Assembly (NCBI RefSeq): GCF_009914755.1
Contig: NC_060925.1
Source of the DNA: the human T2T-CHM13v2.0 reference genome, Homo sapiens
Reading direction: 5' to 3' (one strand)
DNA length: 64,000 nucleotides
In this document: piece after piece, positions 1 to 15,432 of the stretch
How the letters are laid out: every line of letters starts with the position of its first letter
Position numbering within the stretch: position 1 is the stretch's first letter
Made by a program: the position numbers and the translations under genes
The notes under the pieces: generated by a model
The model's input: the letters and a program-made list of their open reading frames with translations, nothing else
The model's database searches: none
What the model was told of the DNA's origin: nothing

Positions 1-297
1 GAACCTTACGAATAGCATGCTAAATGAAATATGCCAGACACAAAATAATATTAAATGATTCCACTTATACAAAATATCTACAATATGTAGAAATTCAGAG
101 AGACAGAAAGTAGATCAGAAGTTACCACAAACTGGGGAAAGGAGAGAATGTAGAGTTGTTGGTTAATGGATACAGAGCTTCTGCTTGAGGTGATGAAAAG
201 GTTTTTGAAATAGTGGTGATGTTATACATTTTGAAATGTAATTGACACCACCAAATAATACACTTTAAAGGGGCTAAAATGGCAAATTTTGTTTTAT
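1..297 (+). mobile_element. Old L1M (L1MB-like) 3' UTR fragment
   Basis: Typical motifs atgctaaatgaaa..gccagacacaaaa, tgattccacttata, agagacagaaagtaga and aaaatggcaaatttt. Confidence 0.8.
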
Positions 298-395
298 GTG
301 TGTGTGTGTGTATATATACATATACACACACACACACATATACATATATATACATATATATACATAATATATACATACATAAATATATACATACA
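296..395. repeat. Compound (TG)/(TA)/(CA) microsatellite
   Basis: Directly visible dinucleotide runs. Confidence 0.95.
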
Positions 396-839
396 CCAAA
401 AGAAAGCAGACTGAGAAAAAGCAGTGTGACTATATACAATGTTTTTTTTTATCTGTCTCAAAAAAAATCTCTCTTTCTCAGTGTAGTAGGTAAAAATTTC
501 ACACATATGGCATTTTCCAGAATACCTCCCTCCCCAGAGTCGTGCCACAATTCCAAATTCATATATATTGCCAAGGTACTGAAGACAAGCAACAGTTAAA
601 GCACATCCAAGAAATATACACAAACACATAAAAAATAACAAGTGAAATTATGACAAAATAGTACCAGAAATTCAACCACTATTATAATTGCCCTTACTCA
701 ACTTGAGGCATTTTTTTTGTAATAATATCCTCAGGTAAATAGTTTCTTTTACTTTTCATAATTTGGCTAAACATGTATATAAACAAGCTAGTGTCATTAG
801 TATGTTGGTGCTATAACCTAAAAACTCAGAAGAAAATTA

Positions 840-950
840 AGGAGGGCATGGAAATCCTCCCCCTCTACTCCCTTACCCTAAACCTTGCCCTACGCATCAC
901 TTCCATTTGGCTGTCCCAGAGTTTTGTCCTTTATAATCAACTGTTAATAT
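840..950 (+). mobile_element. LTR fragment, MER21-like
   Basis: ggagggcatggaa..ccttgccctacgcatc..cctttataatcaac resembles the MER21 consensus as recalled. Confidence 0.5.
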
Positions 951-2497
951 AGATTCATACTTCTCCAGCAAAAACATGCTTCTTTTAAGGAAAAAAGCCA
1001 TTTGAAGCTATATAACAAAAAGCTTGCTGCATTCTGGCAAATGAAAGCCAAGGACTATCTGGCATAAGCAGATACAGACAGCAGCCGCTCAGTGGCTTAT
1101 AGGTTTCAGTGACAAAAACTGAGAACTTTACAGAGAAGAAAGCACATGAAATATCTCAAACACTGCCTTTTCACTGAATTATAAAGATAATTCAATATCC
1201 ATAAAAAAGGAAAATTAATCAAAACTAAGCTGAACAAAACACACTGCTCATCTATAACTTCACCTCAATATGCTAGAATAGAATCATATATAGCTCTTTA
1301 CATTCTAGAGGCTGGTAACTTTCACAAATGGACAGCTGTAGAGTAGCATAAATAGAAATCAAGTGAAACAGTTAAAGTGAAAGTCATTCTATGAAAGAAG
1401 AGTAAATTTGAACTAAACATTTTCTTGGCATTTCTTCATAAAGCTTACTGGATTTTCAAAAGAAATTCAGACTCAAATACAGTTTGAGCCATGTGCAGAG
1501 AATTTTGGAAAGAAAATGAAACTTGACTTTTTAACTAATATTTAAGCAGCTTTATGTAAAAATTCTTAGGGTTGACGAACACTAAACAATTAGGGTTTTC
1601 AAAAACTGAATTTAATTGTCTGTTAAAAAACTAATGCCCTCTCACAGCAATCATCTTTGTATATCTGAGAACTGAAACATAAATGAGAAACACTGTTGCA
1701 AAGGAAATACTTCTACAGCTGGAGGGAAAATTCCTTTGTCATTTCCAAATACTAGTTATATTACATCATCTCCTTTTACTTCTTTTTTTAAATGGAATGG
1801 TTTACATGTTTTTTAGTAATACACCTAATTGAAAACAAAATATACTAAACTGTCATAAATATTTCATCCTAACCCTATTTTAAGCTGTAAATATATAATG
1901 TTATCTAGATACACTGATTAATATCTGCTTTAAATTCTATTGATTCTCAGCAAAGACATTAAATTTAGAAACTAAAATGATTACAGATTTATTATGTAAA
2001 TTTTTTATGGCTTTGCTACTATTTTGATGTTTTTCCCTTTAGATAAAATGCAAGATAAATTTTTAGGTATGCAATCATGAACAAAATAAATGACCCACAG
2101 TCTGGAAAATAAAAACGACCTTGAGCAACAGAAGTAGTCAACAAACTAAACAGAATGATTTCTCATACAAGGAAGCAAAGTATTACATAATTCAATAATA
2201 ATTTCTTTTGGGGTGTGTTTTTCAATATGCATCTGAATGTAAAGAGTCATAATGTTAAAGTAAATAAAGACGTCATTCTCGTCCTCTGAAAACCTGACTC
2301 AGGAGTAGTTAGAAAGCGGACCAGTTTTCTCAGAGTCCTACAGTTCAGCAATCCCCTGAAACAAACTTCTCTTAACCTTGCCCTAAAACAGACATGTAGG
2401 GAAGAGCTGGTCAGTTCTTTAGATTTTCAAGGGATTTTCTCTAGGAGAAGTTGAAATTCATTACAAGAGGAATTTCATTTAATATAAGGCACCTCTC

Positions 2498-3182
2498 ATT
2501 ATTAAAAAGTCAAAAACAACAGATGTTGCTGTGGATGTGGTGAAAAGCGAACACTTATAGACTGCTACTGGGAACGTAAGTTAGTACAACCTCTATGGAA
2601 AACTGTATGGAGATTTTTTAAAGAACTAAAAGTATATCTACCATTTGATCCAGCAATCCCACTGCTGGGTATCTACTCAAAGGAAAATAAGTCATTACAT
2701 CAAAAACACACCTGCACACATATGTTTATTGCAACACAATTCACAATTGTAAAGATATGGAACCAACCTAAGTGCCCATCAACCAATGTAGGGATAAAGA
2801 ATATATGGTATATATATACACACATACCATGGAATACTACTCAGCCATAAAAAGAACAAAATAATGTCTTTTGCAACAACTTGGATGGAGCTGGAGGCCA
2901 TTATTCTAAGTGAAGTAACTCAGGAATGGAAAACCAAATACCGTATGTTCTCACTTATAAGTGGGAGCTAAGCTATGGGTACACAAAGGCAGACAGAGTA
3001 GTATAATGGAGGTGGAGACTCAGAAGGGAGAAGGAAGAAAGGGGGTAAGGGATAAAAAACTATATATTGGGTAAAATGTACAGTACTCAGGTGACGAGTG
3101 TACTAAAATCTTGGACTTCACCACTATACAATTCATCCATGTAACCAAAAACCTCTTGTACTCCAAAAGCTATGAGAATTTA
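2498..3182 (+). mobile_element. L1PB-like 5'-truncated LINE-1 (ORF2 end + 3' UTR)
   Basis: ctaccatttgatccagcaatcccactgctgggtat, ggaaccaacctaagtgcccatcaacc, atgttctcacttataagtgggagcta. Confidence 0.9.
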
Positions 3183-3693
3183 CACACACGCACACACGGC
3201 ATTTCTTTGCATTTACAAGTATCAACTTGAACATCAGAAGAGCGGGTAAGCGCTGCTAAACCAAAGCTACCTTTGCAGTTGTATAGTTGACACGTATTCT
3301 GATGCCTCCTCATAGCACCTGGCAGCTCCTTAGTTTTAAGAAATAATAATCATATCCATCCTTTGCGTCATTTACATCATTTGTGTGATTTGTCTTCACT
3401 GCTCTGTTAGTGTTCTTTTGCTGTGTGTTCACAGAAGTATCTGTGTATCACTAACGAATTTAACCTACATAGGTTTTTTAGGAATCAACTAAACTCCTAA
3501 GACAAAGACTATAAATTGCCATCATAAGAACAGAGAAATAACTGAAGAAGAAAAAGACTGATCTGCTCAAAGAATATACTCATAAATTCTAACACAAATT
3601 TCCCATTCCCTCTATCCAGTTTTGAGCTCCTCGATTACAGGACTTAGAAATACCTCAAAAAGAAAAACACAAGTTTGAAAATAAGATCAGTGA

Positions 3694-4012
<319 letters not shown>

Positions 4013-4049
4013 GATTTAGACTTTTTAATTCTGTAAAAACTACAGCTGT

Positions 4050-6250
4050 TTTTAAAATTTTCATTTTTATCAGTTATTCATAAATACACATTCAATCATC
4101 ACTTAAGATTTAGGAAAAACATTACGCCCCGTACCTACTATCACTTCCACCAAAAAAAAAATTCCCTTTCCATACCATCCTCCCAATATGGTTACAGCAT
4201 AATTTTAGTTAGATAAATATTAAGTGTTTCCATTACTATAACCATATAAGTTATTACTTTTCCTTTCCTAATTTCTATTTTTCTTATTGTTTTCTCATTT
4301 GCTTCATTTCCTAAGCAACCTTAAACCCTCCCCAGATTTTCTAATCTCCTCTCAAGATGTTCATCCATATCAGATACTTAAGTCTGTCCTGAAACCTTCT
4401 GAACTGCATCCTGTCTGTTATGGTTCACCTCTATGCTTGGTGCAAAGTTGTCATTTTGTATTCTCCCTTCATTACAGTCTTAGGAAATCCTTTCTACTCT
4501 CTCCTGCATTGTATCTCCTGCTTCCTATATCCTGTTACTTCCTCATCTTCATTCACTCCTTTACCTAGTTGCAGCTAAGGCAATCAACTCATTCCAGTTT
4601 GCCTAAGACTGTGCTGGTTTTAGTAGAAGTCCCACATCCTGGGAAGCTCCTTATCCTAAGTAAACCATTTGTAGCCCACAGGTTACAGAATTTTTAACAC
4701 CTTCATGCCTAAAAATGTCCTTATCCCGCCCTCATACTTAAGAATTTGTCTGGATATAGAATTTCAGTTTAGAAACTGTTTTCCTTCAAAATATGAACAC
4801 TGTCTTCTAGCTTCTAGAGTTGCTGCTGAAAAGGCCAAAGAGTTTCTGATTCTTATCCTTTGTATTCACACTCTTTGGAACCTTTTGGGGTCTCTTGTTT
4901 GTCCCCAGAGTTTTAGGAATTGCAAAATATATTGATTCTGAACCTTGATGCGAATCTATTTTCATCCACTGACCTAGGTACTTGGTAGGCCCCTTCTATC
5001 TAGGAACTCGTGTCCTTTGGTTCTACAACATTTTCTTGTATTGATGATTTTTTTCCCCCTCTGTTCTTTCAAAGTGCTCTTTTAGAATTCCTATCATTCA
5101 TCAGATTATTATTCAGGCCTCCTCAATTGGTCCTCTAATTTTCTCCTCTATCTCCTCTTTTCTATCTCTCTGTGGCTTTTTGCTCCACTTTTCTACTTTC
5201 CAATCTTGTACTGAGGTTTCCATTTTAGCTATCATAATAATTTCAAAGAACTTTTTTCATTCTCTTTTGCTCCTTTTTATGGCATCCTGACTTCATGATT
5301 GCAGGATTTTCTCTCATCTCTGGAAAATACTGATAGTTTTATGTGATTTGGTTTTTTTGGGTTTTTTTTTTTTTTTTCGAAGTTATGCTTTCCCTGAAAA
5401 GTATGTTTCATGTGGGTTGCTTTCTTTGTTTGGGACTGTACCCTATAGAGGCTTTGAGGATCCTCAGATGTCTGGCAATTCTATTTTCCATTCATATTTA
5501 ATTACGAGAACTAAAACATGATGTGAAGCTCCAAATCCTTGGGTGAAACCCCCTGATAACAAATCTCACTGTAGTGTGACTGCCTGAGCCCTTTACTGAG
5601 AAGCCTCTGATATCTGCATCTCTAAGTTCTTTCTTCTTGGGGAGAGTCAGATTCTCCAGACAAGACTCTTCTAATCTTCTAATCTCCTGTCCTAATCCCA
5701 GTTGCCAGCATTCTGGGAGCAGAAGTAAATACAAATTTACTTAATCTCCTTATTTTCAATATGAAATGTCCACCATAAACTATGCCTATGTTGCCCAATC
5801 CAGAAAACCTCTGTTGTACTAAGAACATCCAACATTTGTTTGAGGAGAGGGATAAAGTAACCCAATGGCACTCAACAGGGGAATTGCTCTAGAGTTTCTA
5901 CTGCTTCTAAACCAGCCTCAATCAATCCTCTGTACTTTAGCCCTACCCATACCTCAACTTCCAGAGGTTCCTAAAGATAGCAATTTCTAAAACTTCTGAA
6001 GATTCTGCCAAGTAAACTGAACAGGTCCTCAGCTTTCACCACTGCTAATTTGGAATCTGACTTTCTCAGACCTCCTAAGTCATTACCACTCATCTACCTG
6101 CTTTTCAGCTTCCAAAATTTTGTTTCTATAGTCTCTTCTACCACTCTTATCATCCTTAAAGGTTTATGACTCTTTAAAAAAATTATTTTATTATAGTGTT
6201 AGTGAATTGCAGAAGGAAATGAAGTTATATTTGTATGCTCAATCCATCAT
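4050..6250 (-). mobile_element. Highly decayed L1M/HAL1-type LINE (ORF1 region)
   Basis: T-rich antisense L1M motifs: ctggatatagaatt..gttttccttca, tgtcttctagcttctagagttgctgctgaaaag, tctctcatctct. Boundaries are vague. Confidence 0.55.
4576..4680. mobile_element. MER81-like hAT-Blackjack MITE
   Basis: caactcattccagtttgcctaagactgtgctggttttag..aagtcccacatcctgggaa matches the recalled MER81 core. Confidence 0.6.
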
Positions 6251-6472
6251 CACCAGACTCTAAAGTTTATGATGGACATTGTGCAAATAAAGTTAAATGC
6301 AGAGTTAATCTAAGAACTTTTACCTTGAAAAATTTGAGATTATCTGCATTTTACCTCATTCTTTTAAATAGCAGCACCCTCTTCTCCTTACCTCACCACC
6401 ATGAAGTACTTGTTTACAAATTGCCAACTGCTAGGGGATAATAAATGACTACTCATATAAGAAATCACTTTT

Positions 6473-6839
<367 letters not shown>

Positions 6840-7139
6840 TTAAAAGGAAAAAATTACTTTGAAATAAAATAGGGTAAATCAAAGAAGAAACAAGTCCCTG
6901 GCATTAAAAATATGAGTTTCATACAATGTTTCAAGATTAGAGCTACTGCTTCTAGCCCTGCATATAACAAGTATAACGGCATAATTCATTCAACCTACAT
7001 TACCAAATGTCTCCTATGGGGTGCAGTGAAAGAGGAGTTTCCAAACAATTTAACCAATATGTGAAAAGTCATGAATAATCAAAGTTATGGTTTAATTAGT
7101 AAAAGAGTCAAATTCATTTATAGCTGGAGTAAAAGATGA

Positions 7140-7604
7140 GTGTGGGACAAAAGAATAGCACAAGAGAATTTTAGGGATGATGGAACTGCTCTGTACCTTG
7201 ACTATGGTAGTGGTCACATGACTTTACATTTGTTAAAACTCACAATATACACACCAAAATAAGTGAATTTTACTATAGGTAAATTTCTTAAAGAACTTTA
7301 AATAATTTTTAAGATGACAGTGGAAAATAAATATAAAATTGCACACACACACATACATACATAATAAGTGGCCATTCCCTTCTCCTTCCTAAACAATTCA
7401 GCCCTAAAGATTAGATGACAATATACACCAATGTTAATTTCTTCATTTTAATAGTTGTATTGTGGTTAGGTAGAAGAATGCAGAAAATATATGGGGATGA
7501 CAGAGCATTAGGTAGGCTACTTACTCTCAAATGGTTCCAGAGGAAAAAAATTATACTATACTTGCAATGTTTCTGTAAACTCGAGATTATTTCAAAATTT
7601 TTTT
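7140..7604 (+). mobile_element. L1MC/L1ME-like 3' fragments
   Basis: gggatgatggaactgctctgtaccttgactatggtagtggtcacatgac; tcaaatggttccag..cttgcaa..ttctgtaa. Confidence 0.6.
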
Positions 7605-7617
7605 AAGTGAAGAAAAA

Positions 7618-8437
<820 letters not shown>

Positions 8438-9791
8438 TCACTGAAGTATATTAAGCAGGATGTTGACATGATCAAAGGATCATGTTCTAAGTGGTTTTTT
8501 TTTTTTTTTTTTTGCTTCCTTCTACAAAGGTCTTGGATGTGTAGAATTCACAGTATTTTCAAGTTAGAGGTACATGTAATAAGGAAGTTGTTATTGCTTA
8601 GTATTTAATGGAAAAACAAACATGATTAATAAGATCAGTAAGATCCAGGAACGTAACCCATTTGTACATGTTTAATACAGAGAAGTCAACTGAGCCAGAT
8701 GCACACAGAGGTTGAATAAAACCAGAACTCATGAGCTACTACACTTAACTGGGATTACCAGAGGTACATAGGCAAAAGAGACAAATATGATGATCACACT
8801 TAATCACAGCCTCAAGCAACATAACACAGCAAAGGACTCTTAGAAGAAACTGTCAACTTAGCATGTATTAGTCAGAAATGGGTAACACATTACGAACGCA
8901 TGCAACAAAAAGGCAGAAACAGATACTACAGTAGACCTGAAAATATTATTGTAGTTTTAACCATAAACTCTAGGAGAATCTCTATAAGTAGAGAGTATGG
9001 AAAAGCTTTATGATATCATATGTCAGCTTCACTACATACCCGAACTTAGTCTGTTGTTAAATGTTTGTTAGTTATGCTTTTAGCTCAGGGCCAGATCACA
9101 GGTAGCTAGCAATACAATCTCAAAAAGGGGCTTTAGTCACTGTTTCATTGCGGGGGCTTTTCCTAATCTTTTCAAACAAGTATTTTTTAAATCTCAGGGC
9201 ATACCACTTCTAAGTAGATGCTTGAGTGCTTTTAATAGTATCTGAGTCAACTTGGGGCATTGCATTAGCCACTCTAAGTAAACGATGATACTTAAGGATG
9301 GGATTCTTGCTGTAGCAAGATAACTATACTGCTTTTACAAAACTTTCATAAAATCTAATTAGCATTGTTCTATTTCACAGCCATGACAATATCGATCCCA
9401 AATTCTGTACCAATGGTTAGAGAGGTAACTGGATTAGAACATAATAAAGCTTTACTGGAAAAAAACAAAATCACTAGCTTAGCAGGTGCATCTTTGCAAA
9501 CCAAGAAGTGCACATATAAACTCCTCGAAGTCATGTATCAAGTCTCACTGTCCTTTCTTTGTAAAGATATATACACCCCATGCAAAACTCCACACCAACT
9601 TAATATTGCTTAGATGACATAAACAGATACGCTAAAAAATATGGAAAGGATAAAGGCAAACCTTCAAACCTTTGCCTTTGTTTGGAAATTGATATAAATT
9701 GTGACAATTTATGTGTTAGAAGACTTTATTAACCACTTTCTGTCACACAACCAGTTTAAAGGCTCTCACACTACCTACGGTTAAGTATATA

Positions 9792-10045
9792 CCAGCATTT
9801 CCCAAACTCTGTCAGCTGTTCTTCATAAGGAGTTCCAATGTTAAATTACTCAGGCAAATTCTAGGTAAAACAAAGTTTAAATGGTTTCTACAGCAAACTT
9901 TTTGAAACTTTTTCTATGATAATGTGCTTTGTAATATCCAAAGAGGCATACAAAAAGCACTATTTTCCAATCTTACACAGCCACTGAACTCTTAATTTTC
10001 AGAATATTCATTTATATCTCTAGAAATATAATTTAGGAAACACTA
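9792..10045. mobile_element. hAT-Charlie type MITE
   Basis: TIR-like ends cagcatttcccaaa ... tttaggaaacacta. Confidence 0.55.
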
Positions 10046-10580
10046 GTGTACATTAAGTTTCTACATACCACACCACACGTTTGTGTCGTACTGTCAGGTC
10101 ACAAATACATTTACGGGTGCTGCATAATCTTCAATACATAAAAAGTCCTAAATGAACAACACATCAATAATTTTTCATGATGATTTTAACCCTCTGCGTT
10201 GAGGTCCAGAACTCTACCACTGATGTGCAGATTGGAGATATATAAATATAAAAATAAAATGTAATTAGTCATCTCATATTTGTTGTTGTTGGTGGATGAA
10301 TGAGCATTAACTTGATACTTACTGAAGAATAATTATATAACAACAAAATGTTCCAATGCAAAAAGCTTATCCTGTAAGATTTTTTTGCATAGTCACACAG
10401 AAATATTGGCATCTTCAATCCCAATATAATAAAATACTATCAGTAAGATACAAATGTATGTTAATAGTAAAATAGTTATTTACATCCTTATATTAGTATA
10501 GCTATGCATTTCAGTTATTATTTACCAATAAATGGCATTTTAATTATTCCTTTATCAAAATTTTAAAAAGCAAAATGGGA

Positions 10581-10961
<381 letters not shown>

Positions 10962-11438
10962 TTAGAAAAATAAACTATTAGTCTTATGTCCATTTTTCAT
11001 AAAGAGACATAGGGAGGTTAAATAACTAAATCACCCAGTTAATAATCAAAGCAGTCAGTCTTAATCCAAAACCCCTTGCTCTTTTCCAGTATGTTGGTTT
11101 AGAACAGAAACATTTCAGGTTAGGTGTTCTACTTGTAGATATTCACCATGGAAACTCTAAGGAAACTGGATTAAGTGTTATCACTATGAATAGACCAAAT
11201 TAAACAGAAGGTGTTTTTGTCTTTGATTAAGCCTACAGTGACGTTTAAGCAATCTGAAATAAAACTGAAAGTTAACACATGATTGCACATGACTGAAATA
11301 ATTCACAATCTTTTCAAAAGATTGTTTTCATCCATATAAGTAGTACTTTGCAGTATAATTAGATCAGGAGTGGGAAGAATGGCACTGGTGAGGAAGAGTT
11401 AAAGAGAAAAATAAATCTAAATCAGAAAAAAGAAAAAA

Positions 11439-11580
11439 GGCCAGGTGCGGCTGCTCACATCTGTAATCCCAGCACTTTGGGGAGGCCAAGGTCAGAGAAT
11501 TGCTTGAGGCTAGGAGTTCAAGACCAGCGTGGACAACATAGTGAGACCCTATCTCTACCAAAAAAAAAAAAAAAAAATAA
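11439..11580 (+). mobile_element. FLAM (free left Alu monomer)
   Basis: Left monomer followed directly by an A tail. Confidence 0.85.
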
Positions 11581-12464
11581 GCGAGAAAACTAATTTTATT
11601 CCCCTATATGCTGTCTGTCTTTAAACAATGAAACTAGATTGTCCTCTATGATTATTATCTGGCCTCCCAAAAACTCTGAACAAAAGTTAATAGTAACCAC
11701 AGCTTTAATTGTTCACACAATGCCAAAATAGCACCAATTATGTTTTCTCCTTAATAAAAGTATATATTTTCTAGTTTCCTTAACAGTATATATAAATAGT
11801 TGCTGGCACTAGAAACACAGCGCTTCATGGATGTAATAAATAGTAGTAAAGTTCCCACACTAGTCCAAAAGTCTGAAACCAATGGCCTAGCCAAAATGTG
11901 TTACACTGCAAAAAACAATACTTAACACTGTAACAGGATTTTAAAACTATGAGTCCATGATATTTTCCTCTTAAAAATCACAAAGTAATGAATGTAATCT
12001 CTTCAGATAGACAATAGTTTTGCAACATCTACAGTAATGAAAGCTGTAAAAAATAAAGTGACAATTTCTGTATTTAATGTAAATGCCTACACATAAAGAA
12101 AAGTAAGCTTAATTAGAGCAGGAAAAGGTCATAATTAAGAGATCTCTCAGTAATTTCAAGGACTTTAGGGGTTGACAGCAGTGGTTCATTATGATGTCAA
12201 ATTTCACTCTACTTTTTAGGGTGCTTTTCTTAGATGTAATTTTACCAACAGCATCACTCATGTTATTTCACCATGATTAAATTTATCTTTCAGTGCACAT
12301 GACTTTCACACAGAAAATGAAGTTCACAGCCACTAAGTAAAATATAACCTATTCAGATTTGGATTCTCTCTCCAATCCACACGATATCCCAAATTTCTCT
12401 CAAAATTTCTTTCTAACCCTGCTACTCAGGAAGTTACAAGGAAAACCATGACCTTATACTGGAA

Positions 12465-12703
12465 GAACATTTCCCAAAGCGTATTCTGTGAAACACTGGT
12501 TGCCAGCCATCCTCCAGACGCTCTGAAAAAAAGCCTATTCCATAGTCAGATAAACTTCATAAATTCTAGGATAATCTGCTGTATTTTTAACATTAAATGT
12601 TGTCTAAAATCTTTTCCCAAACTGATTTATTCATATAAACCTTTCCCCTTGCTCAAGCATCTATTAAATATCCCATGGATTTCCAGAACACACTTTGAAA
12701 CTA
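12465..12703. mobile_element. hAT-Charlie type MITE
   Basis: catttcccaaagcgtattctgtgaaacact ... ccagaacacactttgaaac inverted ends. Confidence 0.5.
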
Positions 12704-13027
12704 GGGAGGGAGGTTAGAGTGAAGAGGCCCTAATCCCAAAAGAGAAGCAAACAGTTCCATGAGGAAGAGTAAAGGCAAACAGTGGGATTGGAAAGGGGGA
12801 GCCAGGTCTTTGTGCCCCGTTAACATGAAAGCTAAAGTGCTGCTCTCATACAGTGATAGATAAAGAAACACTAGCCAATAGAAGATTAGCCATTCCCTAC
12901 GTACTGATTAGAAAAAGAGATGGCAGTCATAGGAAGGAAGTGTGTAGAAGCTAGCTAGAAAGAATAATCCTGGAGTTCTACTCACCATTAATGGAGAAGA
13001 AAAGGAAGTCCCCCAGATTTGGAAAGG

Positions 13028-13345
13028 AGTTTTTTTTTTTGTTTTTTGTTTTTTTTTTTGAGACAGAGTCTTGCTCTGTCGCCCAGACTGGAGTGCAGTG
13101 GCGCGATCTCGGCTCACTGCAAGCTCTGACTCCTGGGTTCACGCCATTCTCCCACCTCAGCCTCCTGAGTCGCTGGGACTACAGGCACCCGTCACCGCGC
13201 CCGGCTAATTTTTTTTTTTGAATTTTTAGTAGAGACGCGGTTTCACCATGTTAGCCAGGATGGTCTCAATCTCCTGACCTCGTGATCCGCCCACCTCGGC
13301 CTCCCAAAGTGCTGGGATTACAGGCGTAAACCACCGCACCCGGCC
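13028..13345 (-). mobile_element. AluY
   Basis: gcaagctc, ttcacgccattctc, ttagccaggatggtctc diagnostics; CpG-rich; TSD aaggagttttt. Confidence 0.93.
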
Positions 13346-13429
13346 AAGGAGTTTTTATATACAACAAAAAACTTGTGTCTGGGATAATCCATACTTACAG
13401 TGTGGGTAATTCAAAAACAAAAATCACAC

Positions 13430-13668
13430 GAAGTGCAGATGATCACACTTGCAATTCCAACACTTTGGAAGCCCAAGGCAGGCGGATCACTTGAGGGCAG
13501 GAGTTTGAGACCAGTCAGGACAACATAATGAGACCCCCCCATCTCCACACACACAAAAATTTTTTAATTAGCTGGGCATGGTGGCACATGCTTGTAGCTC
13601 CAGCTACTTGGTAAGCTGAGACAGGAGGATCCTGAGCCCAGGAGGTTGAGGCTGTAGTGAGCCATGAT
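13430..13668 (+). mobile_element. AluJ, 3'-truncated
   Basis: Diverged left monomer, linker and part of the right monomer. Confidence 0.85.
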
Positions 13669-14926
13669 GGTCTCTCATAACAATTATTATGCAAAGACTT
13701 CTTGACTCATCAAGACAGGGCAAAAGGAGCTAAGCAATTCTTGGTCCTCGATACCTAAAACTGGCAGTTTCCTGAGCAACAAATGATGAGAAAAAATCTG
13801 ATAGAACTAGCAAATCCTCACCTACATCTACCCTAGAGTTCAGCTGAAGTGATGAGAAGCTAAAACCAAGAAACTACTACCTTTGTTTATAGGTCATATG
13901 GTTATCACTCAAACTCAAAAACGTATATACCTCTGACAATCAATCAAAGTCAATGCCCATTAGCCCAAACTCAGAAACGGAAAAAAACAAAGGAAGAGAC
14001 AATAAACCATTGAAAGAAATACAAGAGTGAAATTAACTCCCCTGCCCATTAAGTTCTTTTAAATTAAAAATACCCAATCATAAAAAAAAAAAATACCCTA
14101 TCATTCAACAAGTCAGACTGAAGTAGCAACTCAGGAACACAGTATTCATTCTCATTCTCTGTCTCCCTCTCCCTACTCATTCTCTTTTTCTCCCTCCCCC
14201 ATGTCTCCTCTTCCCATCTATTTCCAAGTCTGTATCTTGCCCGTACCTTACACTCTTTCCCTTCACTAGGTTCTTGAGTAAGTCCCTAATCTATCGTGTG
14301 TCCTTTTTGAAAAAATGAACTGTCTATATTTTCACTGTTTAACAGTCAACATAGCATAGCTGCACCTACACTGAAGTATTTCAAACTATTTTTATCTCAA
14401 CCTATAGTAAGAAATATGGGAATAAGGACTACAGGAAAACACAATGTTTTGCACAACAATACTTATTCCTTCTATATTTGATGTACTTTATATTTTCTAT
14501 TCTAGTCTTTAATTTTTTTTAAATGCTGGTTAGACTTAGTAATTGGTTTTAAAACCTATCACAACCAGCAGGAGAAAAACAATGAGCTACATACGTAACA
14601 TACTGTCAATAAATGTACCAAATGAGAAAAAGGTCAGAGAATAAATTTTTGACTGCCATAAAAGAGTGGTACAATAAAATATTTATTTGAGCTAAATTAT
14701 TTTATCCTAAAATAGCCTGAGCTTACTGTGTAATAGTATTCAAGTCCTAGGAATTATGGGACATTTCATAAAATTTCCAACATACTGCACTATTTGTTTT
14801 TATATACTGCTATACTAAGGTATGCCTTACATTTCCATATAAAATAAATATATGTCTAAAATTCCTAAAGTGTTAATCCTGACATCCTGTTTTCACTCAT
14901 GAAGCAATACATTCCTTTTTTAAAAA

Positions 14927-15432
14927 AGCTGGGTGTGGTGGTGCATGCCTGTAATCCCAGCTCTTTAAGAGGCTGAGGTGGGAGGATCTCTTGAGCCCAG
15001 GAGTTCAAGACCAGCCTAGGTAACACAGTAAGACCCTTGACATGGTTTGGATTTGTGCCGTCACCCAAATCTCATGTCAAACTGTAATCCCAGTGTTGGA
15101 GGAGGGACCTGGCGGGAGGTGACTGGATCATGGGGGCAGACTTCCCCTTTGTGTTGTGATAGTGAGTGAGTTCTCACAAGATCTGGTTGTTTAAAAGCGT
15201 GTAGCATCTCCCCCTTCTCTCTCTTCCTCCCACTCCAGCCATGCAGGACGGGGTCGGCTTCTCCTTTGCCTTTTACCATGATTGCAAGTTTCCTGAGGCC
15301 TCCCCTGCATGCCTCCTTGTAGCCTGCGGAACTGTGAGCCAATCAAACCTCTTTTCTCTATAAATTACTCAGTCTTAGGTAGTTCTTTATAGCAATGCGA
15401 GAACAGACTAACAAAACCCTGTCTCTAAAATA
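14927..15432 (+). mobile_element. FLAM interrupted by an MST LTR
   Basis: The monomer reads ...gtaagACCCT, breaks for the LTR, and resumes ACCCTgtctctaaaa at 15416. Confidence 0.85.
15038..15415 (+). mobile_element. MST (MaLR) solo LTR
   Basis: tgacatggtttgg..cccaaatctcat start, gttctttatagcaatgcgagaacagactaa end; 5-bp TSD ACCCT (15033-15037 / 15416-15420). Confidence 0.92.

Noticed and set aside
122-641. Three ~105-115 aa ORFs
   Set aside because: They are held open by the TG/TA/CA microsatellite and L1 remnant.
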